A stretch of DNA of 64,000 nt, taken from contig JAKPDW010000025.1 of assembly GCA_029552245.1 (NCBI GenBank), positions 240,104 to 304,103 on the forward strand, in the 5' to 3' direction. Positions 1-9,191 of this stretch are shown in pieces. A model generated the notes under the pieces. The model saw only the letters and a program-made list of their open reading frames with translations, did not search any database and was not told where the DNA came from. The stretch is from Deltaproteobacteria bacterium (GTDB lineage: Bacteria > Desulfobacterota > Desulfomonilia > UBA1062). The position numbers and the translations under genes are program-made. Numbering within the stretch: the stretch's first letter is position 1; the number at the start of each line of letters is the position of its first letter.

Positions 1-765
1 GCGAGCTTGTTCTTCACGACCTTGACACGGGTCCTGCTCCCCACGACCCTGTCGCCGTCCTTGATCGGCGCCACGTTCTTTATCTGCAGGCGCACGCTCG
101 CGTAGAACTTGAGCGCGTTGCCGCCCGTCGTCGTCTCGGGGTTGCCGTAGAGCACGCCTATCTTCTGTCGAGTCTGGTTGATGAACACGGCCGTGGTGTT
201 GGTCTTGCTGATGGCGCCGGAGAGCTTGCGCAGGGCCTGCGACATGAGGCGCGCCTGCAGACCCATGTGCGCGTCGCCCATGTCGCCCTCGATCTCGGCC
301 TTGGGCACGAGCGCGGCGACGGAGTCTATGACGACGATGTCCACCGCGTTGGAGCGCACGAGGGTCTCCGCGATCTCGAGGGCCTGCTCTCCCGAGTCGG
401 GCTGGGAGACGAGGAGGTTGTCGATGTCCACGCCGAGCTTCTGGGCGTAGGTGACGTCGAGGGCGTGCTCGGCGTCGATGAACGCGGCGACGCCCCCCGA
501 GGCCTGGGCCGAGGCTATGCAGTGGAGCGACAGGGTGGTCTTCCCGGAGGACTCCGCGCCGTAGATCTCGGTCACCCTGCCCCTGGGGATGCCGCCTATG
601 GCCAGCGCCTCGAAGTCCAGCAGGAGGGACCCGGTGGAGATGACCGGCACGCCCTTGCCTATGGCGTCCGATCCCATGCGCATGATGGAGCCCTTGCCGA
701 AGGACCTCTCTATCTTGCTTATCGCGTCTTCCAGCGCCCGCTTCCTTCCCTCGTCCATGTCAACC
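1..765 (-). CDS. recA: recombinase RecA (C-terminus cut by window edge)
   Basis: Minus-strand translation from ATG (complement of 763-765) reads [29 protein letters not shown]...[35 protein letters not shown]... (Walker A GAESSGKT, RecA core). The ORF has no stop inside the window, so it is absent from the ORF track. Confidence 0.9.
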
Positions 766-1317
766 TCCCGTGCCTTTCAGCCTGCTTTTGTGCAGCGGCG
801 TGTAGCGCGCGCCGCCCGGGGACAGCTCGCTGCGATACAGGACGATCTCCTCGGCCACGAACGCGCCCTGCACCGGTTCGACCCTGAGATCTACCACAGA
901 AGGAACCCTGAGTCTACCGAGGGTGATGTGGCCTGCAAACGGCCTTCGCTCCCTGGGGATTCCGTGAGAGGCGCAGGCCTCGTCCACCCTTTTCGCGAGC
1001 GACCCCAGGGCCTCGGTGTCACCGCTGACGCCCACCCAGACCACCCGGGCCTTCTTGGGGCCGGGAAACGCGCCGAACCCCGACAGGCGGAGCCTCAGCG
1101 GGGAACAAGGGCCGGCGGCGACGTCCAGGTCGCCGGCGATGGGCTGCACATCGGTTTCAGGGATGTCGCCCAGGAACTTGAGCGTGAGATGCATGCCCTC
1201 GGGTCTCACCCACCTCACGCCCCGGTTGCGTTCCGTGAGGCGCTCGACGGCCGCCGCGAGAGTGCCTTTCAGTTCATACGGCAGGTCTAGGGCCACGAAC
1301 GCCCTGATCATGGACAA
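760..1317 (-). CDS. thpR: RNA 2',3'-cyclic phosphodiesterase ThpR/LigT (2H phosphoesterase)
   Basis: 185-aa ORF with two H-x-T-x motifs ([14 protein letters not shown]). Sits between cinA and recA as in the common cinA-ligT-recA arrangement. Its 5' end overlaps the cinA 3' end by about 44 nt, so the true start may be the Met at 1311. Confidence 0.75.
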   Translation of the reverse strand: MSMIRAFVALDLPYELKGTLAAAVERLTERNRGVRWVRPEGMHLTLKFLGDIPETDVQPIAGDLDVAAGPCSPLRLRLSGFGAFPGPKKARVVWVGVSGDTEALGSLAKRVDEACASHGIPRERRPFAGHITLGRLRVPSVVDLRVEPVQGAFVAEEIVLYRSELSPGGARYTPLHKSRLKGTGG

Positions 1318-2380
1318 GGTTCCTCAGCATGAAGAGGGCGGTCTTGGCAGCGGCCATCTTGTTGCCCGCCCGGTTGAAGGGGAATTCGTACCGCACGGCG
1401 TCGGCAAAGCCCCTGGTGCCGGCGCAGATCCACACCGTGCCCACGGGCTTGTCCGGTGACCCGCCCTCGGGGCCGGCGATGCCGGTGGTGGCGACGCCGA
1501 CGTCCGCGCCCGTGAGCCTGAGAACGCCCGAAAGCATTTCCCGTGCCGTCTCGCCGCTCACCGCGCCGAAGCTCTCGAGCGTCTCGCGCGCCACGCCGAG
1601 CGTGGAGGCCTTGACCTCGTCGGCGTACGAGACCACCGAGCCCAGAAAGTATGCAGAGCTGCCCGGCACCTGGGTGACGAGGTGGCCCACGAGCCCGCCA
1701 GTGCAGGACTCCGCCGCGGCCATGGTCAGCCCCCTCGATGCCAGGAGCGATCCGAGGTCTGCGGCGAGCCCGTCCGGTGCGAGGGCGTTGTTCCCCAGGA
1801 TGGATCTCACCTCGGGCTCGATGCGTCCCGGGACGACGAGCCTCACCTCCATCTCTGCGGGCAGGAAGGAACACTCCTGCGCGAGGGGGCCCAAGGCCTG
1901 GGCGATGGCGGTCTCCCTCATGCCGAAGACCGGGATCTCCACCAGGACGTCGCCTGAGGCGTCGCGCCCGCCGATCGCGAGGGGCACCATGGCGAGGGCC
2001 TCTTGCGGCACGCCGGGCAGGAAGACCACCCGGCACCCGTCGAACCTGATGTCCACGCCGGGTGCGCTGCCGACGGGGTTCGGTATCTGGGACCGGACGG
2101 CCTCGGGATGCGCCTTGAGGAGGATGCTCACCGCCTCGTGCGTCGTGTCGTCCGGGGTGAGGCCGAGCCCGCCCGTGACGATCACCATGTCCGCCCCTTC
2201 CATGAGCGCGCCCACGGTGTGGGCCACCCTTCCTGCATCGTCCGGCACGAATCTCGCCTCGACCATGGTCCACCCCCTGGCGCAGGCCATGGCCGCGATC
2301 GGGGCGAGGAGGGCGTCGGACCGCCTCCCGGTGAGGATCTCGGTTCCGGTGACGGCAACACAGAGCCTCACGCCAGCCAT
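1274..2380 (-). CDS. cinA: competence/damage-inducible protein CinA
   Basis: Internal Met (complement 2378-2380) of the 542-aa ORF gives MAGVRLCVAVTGTEILTGRRSDALL... (MoCF-binding N-domain) and C-terminal LTMAAAESCTGGLVGHLVTQVPGSSAYFLGSVVSYADEVK (CinA C-domain). The upstream 174 codons of the track ORF are an Arg/Gly-rich artefact over pgpA. Confidence 0.8.
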   Translation of the reverse strand: MAGVRLCVAVTGTEILTGRRSDALLAPIAAMACARGWTMVEARFVPDDAGRVAHTVGALMEGADMVIVTGGLGLTPDDTTHEAVSILLKAHPEAVRSQIPNPVGSAPGVDIRFDGCRVVFLPGVPQEALAMVPLAIGGRDASGDVLVEIPVFGMRETAIAQALGPLAQECSFLPAEMEVRLVVPGRIEPEVRSILGNNALAPDGLAADLGSLLASRGLTMAAAESCTGGLVGHLVTQVPGSSAYFLGSVVSYADEVKASTLGVARETLESFGAVSGETAREMLSGVLRLTGADVGVATTGIAGPEGGSPDKPVGTVWICAGTRGFADAVRYEFPFNRAGNKMAAAKTALFMLRNLVHDQGVRGPRPAV

Positions 2381-2886
2381 CCTTTCCTGCGGACGAGGGC
2401 GAGGGCCGCAGCCGCGAGCAGCCCAGCAGCCACGTCGTCGGCCATGACGCCGATGCCTCCCTTGAGCCTCTTGTCGAGTATGCCCACGGGAGGCGGCTTG
2501 AGGATGTCGAAGAAGCGGAAGAGCGCAGTGCCCACAAGGATCTCCGTTATCCTGCCGGGCCTCGAGACGAGGGCGACGAGCAGCCCGACCACCTCGTCGA
2601 TCACCACCCTCGAGGGGTCTCGTCCCCAGATGCGTTCCATCTCTGCCGAGGCGACGGCCCCCGCGAGGAAGAGCTTCGCGGCGAAGGCGAGGTAGAGCGG
2701 GAGGCTGAGTCTCCTCAGGGCGAGATAGAGGGGCAATGCCGCGAGGGTGCCCACGGTGCCGGGCGCCTTCGGCGAGAACCCGGCCCCGAAGAAGGTCGCG
2801 AGGAGCATGGAGATCAAGGTCCTGGGTTCCGTGCGGGCGAGGTCCATCACCGTGGACGTGGATGGCTTGCCTCCTGCCGTGGTCAT
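2368..2886 (-). CDS. pgpA: phosphatidylglycerophosphatase A
   Basis: Internal Met (complement 2884-2886) gives MTTAGGKPSTSTVMDLARTEPRTLISMLLATFFGAGFSPKAPGTVGTLAALPLYLAL...FDILKPPPVGILDKRLKGGIGVMADDVAAG, PgpA family, 172 aa. Overlaps the cinA start by 13 nt. Confidence 0.75.
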   Translation of the reverse strand: MTTAGGKPSTSTVMDLARTEPRTLISMLLATFFGAGFSPKAPGTVGTLAALPLYLALRRLSLPLYLAFAAKLFLAGAVASAEMERIWGRDPSRVVIDEVVGLLVALVSRPGRITEILVGTALFRFFDILKPPPVGILDKRLKGGIGVMADDVAAGLLAAAALALVRRKGWLA

Positions 2887-3013
2887 GGCCAGAGGATAGC
2901 ACGATCGCGCCCGGGAGAGAAGGGAGACCTCGCCGGTGAATGCTCGGGGCAAGCGCCTCGACACCCCGGGGAGACGCCCTGAATGATCTTGACCTTCGGC
3001 GCGCGAGGGCCTA

Positions 3014-3568
3014 TTGGGGCACGTGAGAGGGGTGCAGGCGGTGGCGGCGAGGCAGGAAGCGAGGGTCCCCAGGGAGATGCGTTCACACCCGGACCTCCCG
3101 AAGGTGGTCGAAGCCCTGTCTCGCTCGTACAGGCCCTTGTGGAGGGAATCCTCTGTCGAGGTGCCCGTGGTGCCTTTCTCTGAAGGTCTCGCCGCAGCCT
3201 TGAGACGGGCGTCGCAGAAGGGGTTTCTGGTGAGGGGCCTCGAGACCGCGTCGGAGGTGCTCGGGAACGAGAAGCGGGGTATCGATCGTTCGTCCTCGGA
3301 AGGGGGGTCCAGCGCCGCAACCGGTATATCACGCCTGATCGTGGCCGCCACCGACGGGTCCGAGCGCTTTTACAGGGCGGTGGAGTCCCTCCTCGTCGCC
3401 CACCGGCCGAGGGTCTTGGCCGTCCTCGCCGAGGCCGACGCTTACAGGTTCGGGGAGGAGGTCTTCAGGACGGGGAGGTTGTGCAGGCTCGTTCTCGTCA
3501 CCCGCAGGAAGGCCGTGGCCGATGTCCTCCTCGCACTGGCTCATGCGGAGACGGCGTGTGGAGGGTGA
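3014..3568 (+). CDS. hypothetical protein (weak L7Ae/L30e-like C-terminal stretch ISRLIVAATDGSERFYRAVESLLVAHRPRVLAVLAE); start uncertain
   Basis: 184-aa ORF divergent from pgpA with no strong motif. May start at an internal Met (MRSHPDLPK, about 3077). Confidence 0.3.
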   Translation: MGHVRGVQAVAARQEARVPREMRSHPDLPKVVEALSRSYRPLWRESSVEVPVVPFSEGLAAALRRASQKGFLVRGLETASEVLGNEKRGIDRSSSEGGSSAATGISRLIVAATDGSERFYRAVESLLVAHRPRVLAVLAEADAYRFGEEVFRTGRLCRLVLVTRRKAVADVLLALAHAETACGG

Positions 3569-3721
3569 GCGGGCGGGCTTCAGGCCGACTCGGGCGCGGA
3601 CATTCCACGGGCGATCCGTTGAGAACCATTGACAAGGCGGGGGAAACGAATTATCTTGATTTTACGTGAACTGTTCCCCCAGCAGGAATATTCCCACAGA
3701 GAGAACGAGGAGGAGGTAGTT

Positions 3722-4762
3722 ATGAAAGTGAAGAGGCTCTTCTTGGCTGAAGCAATCGTGGCATTAGCCCTGTTCGCGAGCGCGACGGGTGCCTTTGCGG
3801 AGAACCGTGAAGGCGCCGTGAACGTGACTCCATGGATCGGAGGCTACAATCTCGACGGCGATCTGCCCTTTGACAACGGTACGGTGTTCGGTCTCGGTCT
3901 CGGGTACAACTTCACCGAGAAGATCGGCGCCGAGCTTTCCCTCTACTATGTGGAGACCGATTACGACGGCCCCCCTCTCATCGACGGCGGGATCGACTTC
4001 AATGACGACGACGCCTCGATCTACCTCGGCAAGCTCGATGCCCTGTACCACATCACCGGCATGCTGCCGGACATGGTGGTCCCGTATCTCGCCGCGGGCA
4101 TCGGCGTGAACACGTACGACAGCGACATGAAGGGCGTGGACTCTGACACGGACCTCATCCTCAACTACGGCGCCGGACTGAAGTTTTTCCTGAAGAGGGA
4201 CATCGCGCTCAGGGCTGACGCCCGCCATGTCCTCGACTTCGACGGCGGCGACACGTACAACAACTTCCTCTATACGTTCGGCCTGTGCTTCGAATTCGGC
4301 GGCAAGACCAAGGAGGCAGAGGTGGTGACCGTGGAGCCCGAGCCGGCCCCCGCGCCCGCCCCGGCCCCTGCGCCCGAGCCCGCCCCTGCGGTCGCCCCCA
4401 CGCCGCCCCCGGTGGAGAAGCAGGGCGCCATCGTCTTCAGGAACATCCAGTTCGACCTCAACAAGGCGACCCTCAAGGAAGAGAGCTACCCGATCCTCGA
4501 CGAGGTCGCTGACTACCTGAAGGCCAATCCTTCCGTGAAGATGGAAGTCCAGGGCCACACCTGCAACCTCGGCAAGGCCGAATACAACCTCAAGCTCTCC
4601 GACCAGAGGGCCAAGGCCGTGAAGGATTACCTGGTCGGCAAGGGTATCGCGGCGGACAGGCTGGATGCGAAGGGTTACGGCCTGACGAAGCCCGCATTCC
4701 CCAACGACTCCGAGGAGAACAGGTCGAAGAACAGGAGGGTCGAGTTCAAGCCCATCCAGTAA
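3722..4762 (+). CDS. OmpA-family outer-membrane protein (beta-barrel N-domain, PA-rich linker, OmpA C-domain)
   Basis: Start ATG 3722 preceded by GGAGGAGG SD. Signal-like MKVKRLFLAEAIVALALFASATGAFA, proline/alanine linker PEPAPAPAPAPAPEPAPAVAPTPPP, and OmpA-like C-domain (NIQFDLNKATL...QGHTCNLGKAEYNLKLSDQRAKAV...RRVEF). Confidence 0.85.
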   Translation: MKVKRLFLAEAIVALALFASATGAFAENREGAVNVTPWIGGYNLDGDLPFDNGTVFGLGLGYNFTEKIGAELSLYYVETDYDGPPLIDGGIDFNDDDASIYLGKLDALYHITGMLPDMVVPYLAAGIGVNTYDSDMKGVDSDTDLILNYGAGLKFFLKRDIALRADARHVLDFDGGDTYNNFLYTFGLCFEFGGKTKEAEVVTVEPEPAPAPAPAPAPEPAPAVAPTPPPVEKQGAIVFRNIQFDLNKATLKEESYPILDEVADYLKANPSVKMEVQGHTCNLGKAEYNLKLSDQRAKAVKDYLVGKGIAADRLDAKGYGLTKPAFPNDSEENRSKNRRVEFKPIQ

Positions 4763-4865
4763 CAGGAAGCATCGTTCCGATCTGGTTCAGGCTGCAGACG
4801 ACGTGGCCCGGGCCTCCGTGCGGGGGCTCCGGCCCGTGTCATCAGGAGAGGGCAAGGGGGTGCAC

Positions 4866-5390
4866 ATGGAGAGTCGGCGGTCCGAGACGCTTGTCATGGC
4901 GCTCTCCAACGAGCGCAGGGAACGTGCGTTCTACCTCGCGCAGGCCGAGAGGACCCGTAACCGTCTCGGCCGGTCCATGTTCCTGAGGATCGCGGACGAC
5001 GAGCTCGAACACGCCGTGCGGCTGGAGAGGATACACGAAGAACTCGCCCGCGGTGGCGCCTGGCCTGAAGGGGTCGAGCTGGGTCTCAAACTGGGCGAGG
5101 TCGGGAGGTCTCTCGATGCCCTCGTCGGCGAACTCGGTCAGGCCGCAGGCGAGGCGGACGCGGACGACCTCGAGGCCGTCGAGACCGCGTGCAGGTTCGA
5201 GGCGGAGGGTGAGAGGCTCTATGCCCAGCTCGCCGGGGCGGCCTCCGAGAAGAGAGAGAAAGCTTTCTTCGAACTCCTCTCGTCCATGGAGCGGGAGCAC
5301 TTCCGGGCCCTGAAGGAGGTGGAGGAGTATCTCCGGGACCCCGCGTCCTACTTCACCGTGAAGGAGCGTCACGGCCTGGACGGGGCTTGA
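4866..5390 (+). CDS. ferritin-like/rubrerythrin-family diiron protein
   Basis: Internal Met with AGGGGG SD. Two E-x-x-H-containing helices (DELEHAVRLE, EREHFRALKE) typical of the rubrerythrin/ferritin-like fold. Confidence 0.55.
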   Translation: MESRRSETLVMALSNERRERAFYLAQAERTRNRLGRSMFLRIADDELEHAVRLERIHEELARGGAWPEGVELGLKLGEVGRSLDALVGELGQAAGEADADDLEAVETACRFEAEGERLYAQLAGAASEKREKAFFELLSSMEREHFRALKEVEEYLRDPASYFTVKERHGLDGA

Positions 5391-5613
5391 AAAGAACAGT
5401 GATTCTCTTGACGTGCAGGCCTTGCCGTGGTATTGCCACCGGTGAAGGCAGGGAGGCGAAGTGTGCTGTTCCCGGCGCGTCGGACAAGCGGGCAGAGGTT
5501 TCCCGGCCTGGTTCGATGCCCGGGGGCTGGACGATGGAATGAGCTGATCGCGCCTCGTGCTCCACGACGGGGTGTGCGCAGGATGGGGATTACCATGTGC
5601 GGGGAGGTGCCTG

Positions 5614-6684
5614 ATGAGGATCATCGCTGTCATCAACCAGAAGGGCGGGTGCGGAAAGACGACCACGGCCATCAACCTGGGGGCGTGCCTTGCCGGTTTG
5701 TCGAGGAGGGTTCTGGTGGTCGACCTCGACCCCCAGGCCCACGCCACCCTCGGGTTCGGGGTCGACCAGGGGGAGTTCCGCCTGAGCAGCTACGATCTCC
5801 TCATGGAAGGCCGAGACGGGCTTCTCTCTTCTGACATGATCATAAGCCTGAACGAGCGTCTCGACCTCATCCCCTCCGACGTCATGCTCAGCGCGGCCGA
5901 ACCCGTACTGCTGCAGCGCGACGGGAGGGAGCACGTGCTGGAGTCCGTCCTCGCACCACTGGACGGGCGCTACGATTTCGTCGTGCTGGACTGCCCGCCG
6001 AACATCGGCGTGCTCACCTTCAACGCCCTGTATGCGTGCACCGAGGCCATCATACCCATGGAGAGCGGCCTGTTCGCGCTTCACGGGCTGGCCAAGCTGC
6101 TCGAGACCATCGATGTGGTCAACGGCAACCGGGAGGTTCCCATCGAGGTTCACGCGCTCGCCACCATGTTCGACAGGAGGACGAGGATCGCCCACGAGTC
6201 CCTGGAGGAACTCAGGAAGCACATGAGGGGCCGCGTCTTCAGGACGGTCGTGAACTTCAACGTGAAGCTCAAGGAGGCCTCCGGCTACGGCATGCACATC
6301 CTCGAGTACGACCCGGACTCCCAGGGCGCGAAGGACTACCTCGCGCTCGCCAGGGAGGTCCTCTCGGCACGGCCCTCGGCGCGCAAGAGGAGGAAGAAGG
6401 AGGGGTTCCTCAAGCCGGTGGTCACCGAGGACGGGGTGCTCTTCACGTACTACTCGCCCGAGGCCACGTCGGTCCACGTGGTTGCGGACTTCAACGGCTG
6501 GGACACGTCGGGTCTCCCCATGGAGAACGTGGCGGGCACGGGCATGTGGCAACGCTTCGTTCCCCTGAAGAAGGGCAGGTACGAATACAAGTTCCTCGTC
6601 GACGGCAGGTGGGTCAGCGACCCTGACAACCCGAGAAGGGCCGCGAACGAGTTCGGCGAGAACTCGATCCTCGAGATAGCGTGA
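5614..6684 (+). CDS. ParA/Soj-type P-loop ATPase fused to C-terminal CBM48/AMPK-beta glycogen-binding (E-set) domain
   Basis: GGGAGGTG SD then ATG 5614. MRIIAVINQKGGCGKTTTAINLG (deviant Walker A KGGxGKT), VVDLDPQ, LDCPP (Walker B). C-terminal 90 aa FTYYSPEATSVHVVADFNGWDTSGLPMENVAGTGMWQRFVPLKKGRYEYKFLVDGRWVSDPDNP matches the AMPK1_CBM/CBM48 pattern (F.W..V.V.G.FN.W...YKF.VDG.W..DP). Confidence 0.8.
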   Translation: MRIIAVINQKGGCGKTTTAINLGACLAGLSRRVLVVDLDPQAHATLGFGVDQGEFRLSSYDLLMEGRDGLLSSDMIISLNERLDLIPSDVMLSAAEPVLLQRDGREHVLESVLAPLDGRYDFVVLDCPPNIGVLTFNALYACTEAIIPMESGLFALHGLAKLLETIDVVNGNREVPIEVHALATMFDRRTRIAHESLEELRKHMRGRVFRTVVNFNVKLKEASGYGMHILEYDPDSQGAKDYLALAREVLSARPSARKRRKKEGFLKPVVTEDGVLFTYYSPEATSVHVVADFNGWDTSGLPMENVAGTGMWQRFVPLKKGRYEYKFLVDGRWVSDPDNPRRAANEFGENSILEIA

Positions 6685-7538
6685 GCATGCGCGACAGGCC
6701 GAGACTGGGCAGGGGCCTGAAAGACGTGTCGAGGTACTTCCTCGCGGACTCGCATCCCCGCGGCGGTCCCGACCCCGTACCTACGAGCGAGGACGCCCGG
6801 CCGATAAGCGTCTTCGTGTTCCACGCGTCGTCCCCCGAGGTCCAGTCTCTGCTCACCCTCGCCCTCGCCATGGAGACCGCCAGGCTCGGGCGAGGCGCCC
6901 TCATATGGGATGGTATGGCCCAAGGGGCGCAGGGGGTCAAGCGCCTGGCAGGGGGGCTCCTGGCCCGGCCCGGCGGCCGGGATAAGGGCGGGGGCTGCTG
7001 CATAAGGCTCTACGGCCTGGGCGCGATCCCGATACACGATGCGGCCTGCCCGGTCTGGTCGCAGGCGGAGGCCAGTTGCCTTGACCTGCCCGGTGACGGC
7101 GATACCGCCCGAGGGGAGCTCCTCGTGTTCGTCAACGCCTCGCCCGACATGGGTTTCTTCACTCGGGGTGACCTCCCCGACCACACGGTCATCGCGGCCC
7201 GTACCGACGAGCGCAGCCTGCTCAAGGCCTACGCGTGCATGAGGGTGATGGACAGGAGGGCCCCTGGGTCGAGGATGTACCTGGTCCTCGAGGCCCACGG
7301 GGGGGAGCCGGCCAACCAGTGCGACCGGACGTTCGAGAAGCTCGCCTCGTTCGCAAGGGAGAACTCGAAGGCGGCCATCGCATACCTCGGGTGCCTGATC
7401 GCCGACGACGAGACGGCCAGGTCCATCCACGAGGCGGACCCGCTCGCGCTCATGATGTCGCAGTCTCCGGCCGGGGCCTCGCTGAGGGGCGTGTGTTCCC
7501 GCTTCCTGGATCTCGTGCTCGCAGGGGAAACGCCGTGA
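6681..7538 (+). CDS. ParA/MinD-fold paralogue lacking canonical Walker A (pseudo-ATPase partner)
   Basis: GTG start overlaps the upstream stop (GTGA). Architecture parallels MinD (ISVFVFHASSPEVQSLLTLALAMETARLGRGALIWD ... ELLVFVNASPDMGFFT ... HTVIAARTDERSLLKAY), but KGGxGK[ST] is replaced by HASSPEVQS. Confidence 0.5.
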   Translation: MSMRDRPRLGRGLKDVSRYFLADSHPRGGPDPVPTSEDARPISVFVFHASSPEVQSLLTLALAMETARLGRGALIWDGMAQGAQGVKRLAGGLLARPGGRDKGGGCCIRLYGLGAIPIHDAACPVWSQAEASCLDLPGDGDTARGELLVFVNASPDMGFFTRGDLPDHTVIAARTDERSLLKAYACMRVMDRRAPGSRMYLVLEAHGGEPANQCDRTFEKLASFARENSKAAIAYLGCLIADDETARSIHEADPLALMMSQSPAGASLRGVCSRFLDLVLAGETP

Positions 7539-8122
7539 GCCCACCCCCAAGGACGCTCCCGCCCCTTGTCGTCACCGACCCGGCCGAGGTCTCGAGGCTC
7601 TGTGCGCGATGGATCACGGACGTGCTCGGGTGCACGATCGTGGACTTCGGCATCGGGAACAGGTTCATCGGGAGCATCGACGTCCTGGCGGTATCGCACG
7701 ACGTGGTCCATCTGGTGACGGTCGACACGGGGAGCTTCGCCGACGCCCTCCTCGGTGCGTTCACGGGGTACTGGTGGTTCGTCGAGAACAGGGCGTTCTT
7801 GGACAGGATCTACGGCTCGGAAGACACCCCGCTTATGGGCGACGTGGTGCTCGTGATCCTCTCCCGCGACCCTCCGCGGGGGATCCAGAGGATCCTGCCC
7901 TCCCTGCTCAAGGTCAAGCTGCGCCTCTTTCGGTATGCGACCATGGGGACCGCCGAAGAGCCCTTCCTGTGCGTGGAGGAGCTCACCCTCGACGAGGACT
8001 CGGGCGGAGAGACCCACGAGGCCGGTGACGTCGAGGCGCTCGTCCGTGAACTGGGCATCGAGGAGGCGGGGCTCGACGGCGACGAGATCCGGCGCCTCAT
8101 TGCTGCGTTGCGGGCTGCTTGA
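7535..8122 (+). CDS. hypothetical protein, third gene of the ParA-CBM48 operon
   Basis: GTG 7535 overlaps the upstream stop (GTGA) in the same frame as the track ORF 7235..8122. 196 aa with no recognised domain and an acidic C-terminus. Confidence 0.45.
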   Translation: MSPPPRTLPPLVVTDPAEVSRLCARWITDVLGCTIVDFGIGNRFIGSIDVLAVSHDVVHLVTVDTGSFADALLGAFTGYWWFVENRAFLDRIYGSEDTPLMGDVVLVILSRDPPRGIQRILPSLLKVKLRLFRYATMGTAEEPFLCVEELTLDEDSGGETHEAGDVEALVRELGIEEAGLDGDEIRRLIAALRAA

Positions 8123-8978
8123 GGCCCGCCACCCCTTCCGTCCCTCCCCGCACAGGGAGTTCCTTCACCCACCTGGCAAAGATCTTTTCGAGGACGCCCT
8201 TTTCCTTGAGCCTTCCCAGTCCCTTGTTGAGGAGCCCGAGGAGCTTCGTGTCGCCCTTCCTCACCGCGATGGCGTACTCCTCTTCAGGGGCCTGGCAGCC
8301 GCCAAAGGCGGGGACGTCGGCCACCCTGAACCTGCCCTTGAACCTCTTGTCGTCGAGGACGTAGTGGGATGCGACCGGCGCCTCGGCCAGGACGCCCGCT
8401 ATGAATCCGTCTGCGAGGTCCACGAACGCCCGGTCTGTCTCGGCCATGGTGTAGTAGGCGATGGAGCACCTCTGGTAGAGTCTCAACGCCTCTGCCTTCG
8501 GGCACAGCCTGAACACGCCCAGCGATTTCCCCTCCAGAGGTTCGGCCGCGCCCTCAGAGCGCACCACGAGCACCTTGCGGCCCGTGAGGTAGGGTTCCGA
8601 GAAATCGAAGCGCTGCTTCCTGGCGTCCGTGACGGCGATCTGTGCGATCACCGCGTCGCACCTGCCCCGTTCGAGCTCGTCGAGGAGTTTCGACCATGGC
8701 CTTTCCACGAATTTCACCTTCAGGCCCGCCTCCTTGGCGACGGCCTCCATGAGATCCACCTCGTAGCCCACCACCCTGCCCTTGGGGCCCTTCATCTCCA
8801 TGGGCGGACACGTCCCCGTGGTTGCGACGGTGATCACCCCGGGCTTCGCCGCGTGTGCGCCCGGCTCAACCCAAGGCGTCAGCACGGAGAACACGAGGCA
8901 GAGGACGACCACGGCGGTGGACACCCCCTGTCTTGAGGCGTCCCGATCGCGTGACTCGATGCGCGAGCATGGCTTCAT
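8097..8978 (-). CDS. periplasmic polar amino-acid ABC transporter substrate-binding protein (family 3 SBP)
   Basis: C-terminal 293 aa of the 721-aa track ORF starting MKPCSRIES... Signal-like TAVVVLCLVFSVLTPWVEPGAHA, SBP_bac_3-like KVLVVRSEGAAEPLEGKSLG...EEEYAIAVRKGDTKLLGLLNKGL. The upstream 428 codons are a GC artefact opposite the DUF362 gene. Confidence 0.7.
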   Translation of the reverse strand: MKPCSRIESRDRDASRQGVSTAVVVLCLVFSVLTPWVEPGAHAAKPGVITVATTGTCPPMEMKGPKGRVVGYEVDLMEAVAKEAGLKVKFVERPWSKLLDELERGRCDAVIAQIAVTDARKQRFDFSEPYLTGRKVLVVRSEGAAEPLEGKSLGVFRLCPKAEALRLYQRCSIAYYTMAETDRAFVDLADGFIAGVLAEAPVASHYVLDDKRFKGRFRVADVPAFGGCQAPEEEYAIAVRKGDTKLLGLLNKGLGRLKEKGVLEKIFARWVKELPVRGGTEGVAGLKQPATQQ

Positions 8979-9191
8979 GGATGCCGGATGGTACCAGGAA
9001 CGAGGGCGCAGGGCAACAGGGTTGCACAGGGGCCCGGTCACTGCAGGGCCACTTCGGGGTGCGTGAGAAGGGGGCCGATCATGGATGGAGCTGCATGCAG
9101 GCGGGCTTGGGGCCGCGCGCGCTTCCCTTCGGGGCCCGCTCGGGCTATGATAGGTCTTGAGGGAGGCCTCTGTCGTTGCCGGGAGGGCGTC

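Noticed and set aside
1308-2537. 409-aa ORF antisense to cinA, and many similar long ORFs (e.g. 24546..25862, 29561..31267, 34536..35597, 45429..46643, 46276..48243, 5590..6552, 13771..16128)
   Set aside because: All are Arg/Gly/Pro/His-rich and low-complexity. They lie opposite or out of frame with genes that have clear family signatures, the pattern expected from stop-codon depletion in 65% GC DNA.
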